From Candidatus Zambryskiibacteriota bacterium (GTDB lineage Bacteria; Patescibacteriota; Minisyncoccia; Phycocordibacterales; DATDWN01), in assembly GCA_016202965.1 (NCBI GenBank), contig JACQNQ010000028.1, positions 1 to 35,376 on the forward strand: a DNA stretch of 35,376 bases, given 5' to 3'. Positions 30,838 through 35,376 of this stretch are shown here, piece by piece. The notes beneath the pieces were generated by a model. The model did not search any database, was not told the origin of the DNA, and saw only the letters and a list, made by a program, of their open reading frames with translations. Every line of letters starts with the position of its first letter. Positions within the stretch are counted from its first letter, which is position 1. The position numbers and the translations under genes were made by a program.

Positions 30838-31351
30838 TACTCAATCCTATCAAATATGCGAAAACAGTAAATGCCATAAAAGGTATGGTGATGTAACCGT
30901 ACTCCAAAACATAAACCCGGGCGCATTCACCGCCAACTGATGTGCAACCGACAAGTGAACCTTCAAGTCCCCAATTGACAAGCGATTGGTAGAAAGAAAC
31001 AATAGCGCCGAGAATGGAAAGAGGTAAGAGATAATCAACAATGTTTTTATCCTTTTTAATCATCGCTACAAAAGCCAGAATGGCTTGCGGATACATAAAA
31101 ATTCTCTGAATCCAGCATAAATCGCACGGAGGAAAACCAACAATTTCCGAATACGAAAGACTGCCGATTGCCGCCCCGAGTGAAGCCAAAAATAATAACT
31201 GAATAATATATTTGTAAACGAAATTATATATCCATATTCTGAACTTCCTCTCTATAATAAGAAGTGTAAGAACAACGATAAAAACAATGTGAGATACAAG
31301 AGTAAGCGTGGTCACAAAAAAAGTGATGTGAGTTTGAATAAAGTGAATCAT
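30794..31351 (-). CDS. disulfide bond formation protein (DsbB/BdbC-like)
   Basis: 185 aa, four TM segments. First Cys pair in PPCDLCWIQRIFMYPQ, second pair in GCTSVGGECARV. Confidence 0.8.
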   Translation of the reverse strand: MIHFIQTHITFFVTTLTLVSHIVFIVVLTLLIIERKFRIWIYNFVYKYIIQLLFLASLGAAIGSLSYSEIVGFPPCDLCWIQRIFMYPQAILAFVAMIKKDKNIVDYLLPLSILGAIVSFYQSLVNWGLEGSLVGCTSVGGECARVYVLEYGYITIPFMAFTVFAYLIGLSIVYYKSKNGREQKD

Positions 31352-31490
31352 AATATAAAGAATATCATAACTTCATATATGATACGAAATGAAACGGCCG
31401 TCTCATTTTGTACACATTTAGATAACAAGAGCAAATATAATTATAATTGTAAATGTAATTGGATAAATTGTGAGAAAGTTAAATTTAAAC

Positions 31491-31520
31491 AAAAGAGAAA
31501 GCCCGGTGGTTAGTCGGGCT
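31491..31520 (-). terminator. intrinsic terminator ending the small-ORF island
   Basis: The minus strand reads AGCCCG-ACTAACCAC-CGGGCT followed by TTCTCTTTTGTTT. Confidence 0.6.
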
Positions 31521-31533
31521 TGTGTTTATGATG

Positions 31534-31686
31534 CTATTTGTTGATTTCATACCTGGCCTTTTTGCCGCACCACGGGCAAAACCAGTATTTTTTGTTTTTT
31601 CGCGCGTCGCCGATGCTCCACCACTTTTTGCAAAGTCTGCATTTAAAATGGTGGAGTGATTCAACAGACCGGTCCACCTGTTTCAT
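31534..31686 (-). CDS. 50-aa zinc-ribbon protein (CxxC...CxxC), translationally coupled
   Basis: MKQVDRSVESLHHFKCRLCKKWWSIGDARKNKKYWFCPWCGKKARYEINK. Its ATG directly abuts the TGA of the upstream ORF (TGAATG). It is below the ORF-track cutoff. Confidence 0.6.
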   Translation of the reverse strand: MKQVDRSVESLHHFKCRLCKKWWSIGDARKNKKYWFCPWCGKKARYEINK

Positions 31687-32013
31687 TCAAGCCACCCTTA
31701 AGTAAGCAGTTGGATGAGAACGGTATTCGTGGCGGCCGTATATGGTGATGAGCTTTTCTTCGGGCTCTCTGTGATATTTCACCTTGATACGCCCCTCATC
31801 AGTTTTGGCAGAGCCACTAACCCAAATTACCAGGTTTTCTCCTCGTGAACGGAGGTATAAGAAACATCCCCCATTCGCCGTCTGAGCTCCGATAACAGAC
31901 ATCTCCTTGTTGTTCATGCGATACGCCTGAAAGCGAGCAAACCGTTCCGCCAAAATACCGATGCGAAACATCCATTCAAATTCTCGAAAAAATCTTTTCC
32001 AAAATTTCTTCAT
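31687..32013 (-). CDS. orphan small protein (108 aa from the SD-led ATG)
   Basis: GGAG lies 6 nt before the ATG at 32013; the ORF track opens at a TTG at 32025. Basic, aromatic-rich N-terminus MKKFWKRFFREFEWMFRIGILAERF, then a beta-rich-looking domain. I recognise no family. Confidence 0.65.
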   Translation of the reverse strand: MKKFWKRFFREFEWMFRIGILAERFARFQAYRMNNKEMSVIGAQTANGGCFLYLRSRGENLVIWVSGSAKTDEGRIKVKYHREPEEKLITIYGRHEYRSHPTAYLRVA

Positions 32014-32050
32014 GTTTTTCTCCAAAGAACAAATTTTAAACCTGGGATTT

Positions 32051-32111
32051 CTCCCACCAAAATTTTTAAATTTTAAAAACTTTGGTGGGAGCCGAACAAA
32101 TTGCGTTCGGC
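32051..32111. terminator. tandem hairpins separating the first and second island ORFs
   Basis: CTCCCACCAAA...TTTGGTGGGAG (11 bp) followed by GCCGAAC-AAATTGC-GTTCGGC (7 bp). Confidence 0.55.
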
Positions 32112-32142
32112 TTTGAAAGAACTATCGGGTTGATCAATCTAA

Positions 32143-32478
32143 CTAACGATGCTGAGCTTGTGTCCCTCGCCAGTCCAGTTGGCTTTCTCCCGCGTAGCCG
32201 ATACAGATAATTCTTTCTTCACCATCGCTCCTTTTAATACGGAGATGATGGCTAGAGTTATCCGGCATCCATTCGGTTACGGTGTACGTGCCGGGAGTGA
32301 GTGGACTGCTTTGATGATGACATCCTTGAATTGGCTCTGTCACCACAAAAGTTGTACCTACTTTGGGAGAGAAAACATCACAGCAACTTTTGTAGGTGCC
32401 AAACTGAGCAACAAGGTGGTCGCGAACTTCGAAAGCTTCGTCCATACAAAACGCTTGTACCTTTACGGGCGGTAGCAT
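32143..32478 (-). CDS. orphan Cys/His-rich small protein (111 aa)
   Basis: AAGGAGGA lies 3 nt before the ATG, downstream of a consensus promoter. MLPPVKVQAFCMDEAFEVRDH... contains several Cys and His-His pairs. The antisense 108-aa plus-strand ORF has no start signals. Confidence 0.7.
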   Translation of the reverse strand: MLPPVKVQAFCMDEAFEVRDHLVAQFGTYKSCCDVFSPKVGTTFVVTEPIQGCHHQSSPLTPGTYTVTEWMPDNSSHHLRIKRSDGEERIICIGYAGESQLDWRGTQAQHR

Positions 32479-32500
32479 ATATCCTCCTTTTCTAAATCAA

Positions 32501-32528
32501 ATTATACAGGAATAAAGAACTTTGTCAA
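32501..32528 (-). promoter_or_regulatory. consensus sigma70 promoter (TTGACA-16 nt-TATAAT)
   Basis: The reverse complement gives TTGACA at 32523-32528, a 16-nt spacer and TATAAT at 32501-32506, with TG immediately 5' of the -10. It lies 14 nt beyond the secA stop. Confidence 0.7.
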
Positions 32529-32541
32529 GGTTAAAATAACC

Positions 32542-35076
32542 TTATTTTAAGCTATTGTTAGACATAAATTTCTGATGCTCTTCAGAATTAATAAGTCCGC
32601 AGATTTTGTATTTTTTGCCAGAGCCGCAGAAACAGGGTTCGTTTCGGCCTACTTTTGGATGTGACGGGGCAGGTGCAGGTTGTGTAACTTTGACACTTGG
32701 CACATTTTCAAAACCTTCTGTCACTTTTGTCGGAGCATTGGCAAAAATATTTTGCGGTTGTATTTGTGGAATAAGTTTTAAAATTTCTTCATTAATGGCA
32801 ATTTCCATTTCTTTGAAAAGTTTCAGTCCTTCGCGTTTGTACTCCACTAACGGGTCGCGTTGGCCATAAGCGCGCAAATTGACACTGGAGCGCATATAAT
32901 CCATTACTTCCAAATGTTCCACCCAGAACATATCCATAACCTGCAATATGACTCTTCGCAGTGTTTGAATGTACTGCGGGTCAGTTTCAGAAACCACACC
33001 AAGTGAGCTCGTTGCTACGCCGCCCGCACTCGGTGAGGTTTCTATCAGTTCCAAAATGTAATTTTTGAGCTGTTGGTCCGTCCCTGTCAGAATTTCTCGA
33101 CGTCTTTGATACATTATTTTTCTCTGAAAATTCAAAACATCGTCAAACTCCAAAACGTGCTTGCGGGCGTCAAAGTTAAAGCCTTCTATTTTTTCTTGAG
33201 CGCTTTCAAGTGACCGGGTGATGATGCGATTTTCAATCGGCTCGTCTTCCTTGACCCCGAGTCTGCCCATCATATTTTTTATGGTATCCCCTCCAAAAAC
33301 CCGCATTAAATGGTCGTCAAGAGAAACAAAAAACTGGGTCTCTCCCGGGTCGCCCTGTCTGCCGGAGCGTCCTCTCAACTGATTGTCTATGCGGCGAGCA
33401 TCATGACGCTCCGTGCCCAAAACAAAAAGCCCGCCCAAAGATTTGACTTTTTGGTAAGATTCAATATCACCGGGAGTGCCGCCGAGTTTTATATCCACTC
33501 CTCGGCCGGCCATGTTAGTGGCAATGGTCACTGCTCCAAGTTTTCCGGCTTGAGCGATAATCTCACCTTCTCTGGCATGATTTTTAGCATTCAGTATTTC
33601 ATGAGGAATGCCTTCGGCTCGTAAATATTCTGAAAGCAATTCATTCTTTTCAATTGAAACAGTACCAATAAGAACCGGCTGGAGAAGAAGATGGCGTTTT
33701 TTAATTTCCCTGCCGATGGCCTTGAACTTGCCGGCTTCCGTTTGAAAAATAAGGTCGTTTTCATCTTTGCGGATAGTCGGTTTGTTTGTCGGCACGGAGA
33801 CCACTTTCAGTCCGTAGACTTTGTAAAACTCTTCCGATGATGTGGCGGCCGTTCCGGTCATACCGGACAATTTTTTATACAATCGGAAGTAATTCTGAAA
33901 TGTGACCGAGGCAAAAGTCCTTGATTCTTTCTGAATAGGAACATGTTCTTTGGCTTCTATGGCCTGATGCAGACCTTCCGACCAGCGCCGGCCAGGTTGG
34001 AGTCGTCCCGTAAATTCATCGACAATAATAACCTCATCACTATTCACAACATAATCCTTGTCTTTATGAAATAAAGCTCTAGCCCGAATAGCCGTTTCCA
34101 AGTGGTGAACATATTTAATGCCTTTTTCGGTATATATATTGTCTATGCCTAAAATTTCTTCCACTTTGCTTATGCCAGAGTCGGTCAAAGAAATAGTTTT
34201 GAACTTTTCATCCACGGTATAGTGCTCGCCTTTTTCAAGTTTGGTGGAAATATCGGCAAATCTCCTGTAAAAGTCGTCGGATTCACCCGCCGGAGCGGAA
34301 ATAATAAGCGGAGTGCGAGCTTCATCGATTAAAATGGAGTCCACTTCGTCAACCACCACAAAATTCGGTTCTCTCTGTCTTAGTTGGTTCGCTTCGTATT
34401 CAATATTGTCGCGCAGATAATCAAAACCGAACTCATTATTTGTCCCATATGTAACATCAGCCAAATAAGCTTCTTTGCGAGTGCATGGTCGCAGAAATTC
34501 AGTGACCACTTTAAAAGTTCCGCGCTCATCACGCTCTTTATCCAGCTCTGTATGCTTCGGGCTGGCCTCGATTCGGCGAAGCGGGTCATATATAAAAGAT
34601 TCGTCGTGATTTATAACTCCGACCGAAACTCCCAAGAATGAATAAATTTGTCCCATTAAGACTGCGTGCAATCGCGAAAGATAATCGTTGACCGTAACCA
34701 AATGAACGCCGCGACCGGTTAAACTGTTCAGATACAACGGCAGGGTTGCCACGAGAGTTTTTCCTTCTCCGGTGCGCATCTCGGCTATGTTCCCCTGATG
34801 CAAAATGATTCCTCCCATAAGTTGAACATTAAAATGACGCTGGTTCAATGTCCGTTTAGAAGCTTCCCGGATTACAGCAAAAGCTTCGGGTAAGATATCA
34901 TCCAAGGTCTCACCTTGTACTAGACGTTTTTTGAATTCGTCTGTTTTTTCTCTTAGAGCCTCATCCGACAAAGCAGAAATACCGTTCTCTAGAGCGTTTA
35001 TTTTGAGGACTATAGGCTGTATTTCTTTCAAAGCTCGTGTTGTATCAGAGCCGAATAGTTTACTTATAAACGACAT
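32542..35076 (-). CDS. secA: preprotein translocase ATPase SecA
   Basis: 844 aa. Walker A MRTGEGKTLVATLP, DEAD-like VVDEVDSILIDEARTPLIIS, GTERHDARRIDNQLRGRSGRQGDPG, and a C-terminal Zn-binding tail CFCGSGKKYKICG. Confidence 0.97.
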   Translation of the reverse strand: MSFISKLFGSDTTRALKEIQPIVLKINALENGISALSDEALREKTDEFKKRLVQGETLDDILPEAFAVIREASKRTLNQRHFNVQLMGGIILHQGNIAEMRTGEGKTLVATLPLYLNSLTGRGVHLVTVNDYLSRLHAVLMGQIYSFLGVSVGVINHDESFIYDPLRRIEASPKHTELDKERDERGTFKVVTEFLRPCTRKEAYLADVTYGTNNEFGFDYLRDNIEYEANQLRQREPNFVVVDEVDSILIDEARTPLIISAPAGESDDFYRRFADISTKLEKGEHYTVDEKFKTISLTDSGISKVEEILGIDNIYTEKGIKYVHHLETAIRARALFHKDKDYVVNSDEVIIVDEFTGRLQPGRRWSEGLHQAIEAKEHVPIQKESRTFASVTFQNYFRLYKKLSGMTGTAATSSEEFYKVYGLKVVSVPTNKPTIRKDENDLIFQTEAGKFKAIGREIKKRHLLLQPVLIGTVSIEKNELLSEYLRAEGIPHEILNAKNHAREGEIIAQAGKLGAVTIATNMAGRGVDIKLGGTPGDIESYQKVKSLGGLFVLGTERHDARRIDNQLRGRSGRQGDPGETQFFVSLDDHLMRVFGGDTIKNMMGRLGVKEDEPIENRIITRSLESAQEKIEGFNFDARKHVLEFDDVLNFQRKIMYQRRREILTGTDQQLKNYILELIETSPSAGGVATSSLGVVSETDPQYIQTLRRVILQVMDMFWVEHLEVMDYMRSSVNLRAYGQRDPLVEYKREGLKLFKEMEIAINEEILKLIPQIQPQNIFANAPTKVTEGFENVPSVKVTQPAPAPSHPKVGRNEPCFCGSGKKYKICGLINSEEHQKFMSNNSLK

Positions 35077-35100
35077 AATTTCATAATTTTAACACAAAAA

Positions 35101-35130
35101 ACAAAAATTCGCATGAATGCGAATTTTTGT
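35101..35130. terminator. hairpin upstream of secA (terminator-like, bidirectional)
   Basis: ACAAAAATTCGCAT-GA-ATGCGAATTTTTGT. Confidence 0.5.
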
Positions 35131-35376
35131 TTTACTAGCTAGTCAGACGACTGATTATGCTCGTCTCTTTTTTGCTTTCTTCTTTTTTGCCATGATATTT
35201 TTTGCCGATGATTCTATGAATAATAATCGACAGGAATTATTTTTTAGACTTGCAAGAATAATAAAAATTATTTTTCCGACCTAACATAATTATAATACAT
35301 AATAAATCAGAAAAAATAATTTTTAGAAGAAAAGTGTGGATAACTTTTCAAAAAAATAATTTCAAAAATATTTTTC

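Noticed and set aside
32149-32475. 108-aa plus-strand ORF mirroring the 111-aa minus-strand ORF
   Set aside because: Only the minus-strand frame has a consensus promoter and an AAGGAGGA SD at correct spacing. The plus-strand ATG has neither.
35156-35194. 12-codon minus-strand ORF MAKKKKAKKRRA
   Set aside because: It is too short, has no SD or recognisable family, and lies in low-complexity A/T-rich DNA.

Overview
AT-rich, gene-dense bacterial chromosomal segment. Small housekeeping genes, almost no Shine-Dalgarno (SD) sequences on core genes, a truncated ValRS and a minimal type IV pilus locus fit a small-genome Patescibacteria/CPR-like organism; this is inference only. Gene blocks run minus (1-14.4 kb), plus (14.7-27.4 kb), minus (27.4-35.1 kb). 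Recognisable content: gatC-gatA, ligA, a type IV pilin locus (major pilin, prepilin peptidase, four minor pilins), a PAP2 phosphatase, a DsbA-like protein, a DUF2779-type dual nuclease, pth, lepB, a degenerate HisRS-like protein, rpsU, ybeY, ftsA, ftsZ, trxB-like, a SAM methyltransferase, tsaD, valS, PrsW, Hsp20, an SDR epimerase, a glutaredoxin-like protein, an FtsB/DivIC-like protein, MYG1/UPF0160, DsbB/BdbC-like and secA. There are six tRNAs: fMet, Met/Ile2(CAT), Glu, Val, Phe, Arg. No transposase, integrase, CRISPR array or rRNA is visible. Six things stand out. (1) A roughly two-thirds G+C, ~440-nt unit sits just upstream of the major pilin gene, with its own near-consensus promoter, an SD-led 39-codon ORF, many nested helices and a strong terminator. 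(2) Several multi-copy hairpin repeat families fill almost every intergenic gap, and one (family X) shows compensatory changes, including G-U pairs that indicate orientation. (3) Repeat-derived or GC-rich palindromic DNA lies in frame inside essential genes (tsaD, gatA, ftsZ, pth). (4) A ~1-kb island between dsbB and secA holds three orphan small ORFs with a consensus promoter and strong SDs. (5) Three tRNAs have coordinated non-canonical D-loop/T-loop elbows. (6) Accessory ORFs are SD-led while core genes are SD-less. All calls come from reading the sequence and ORF translations; no searches were run.
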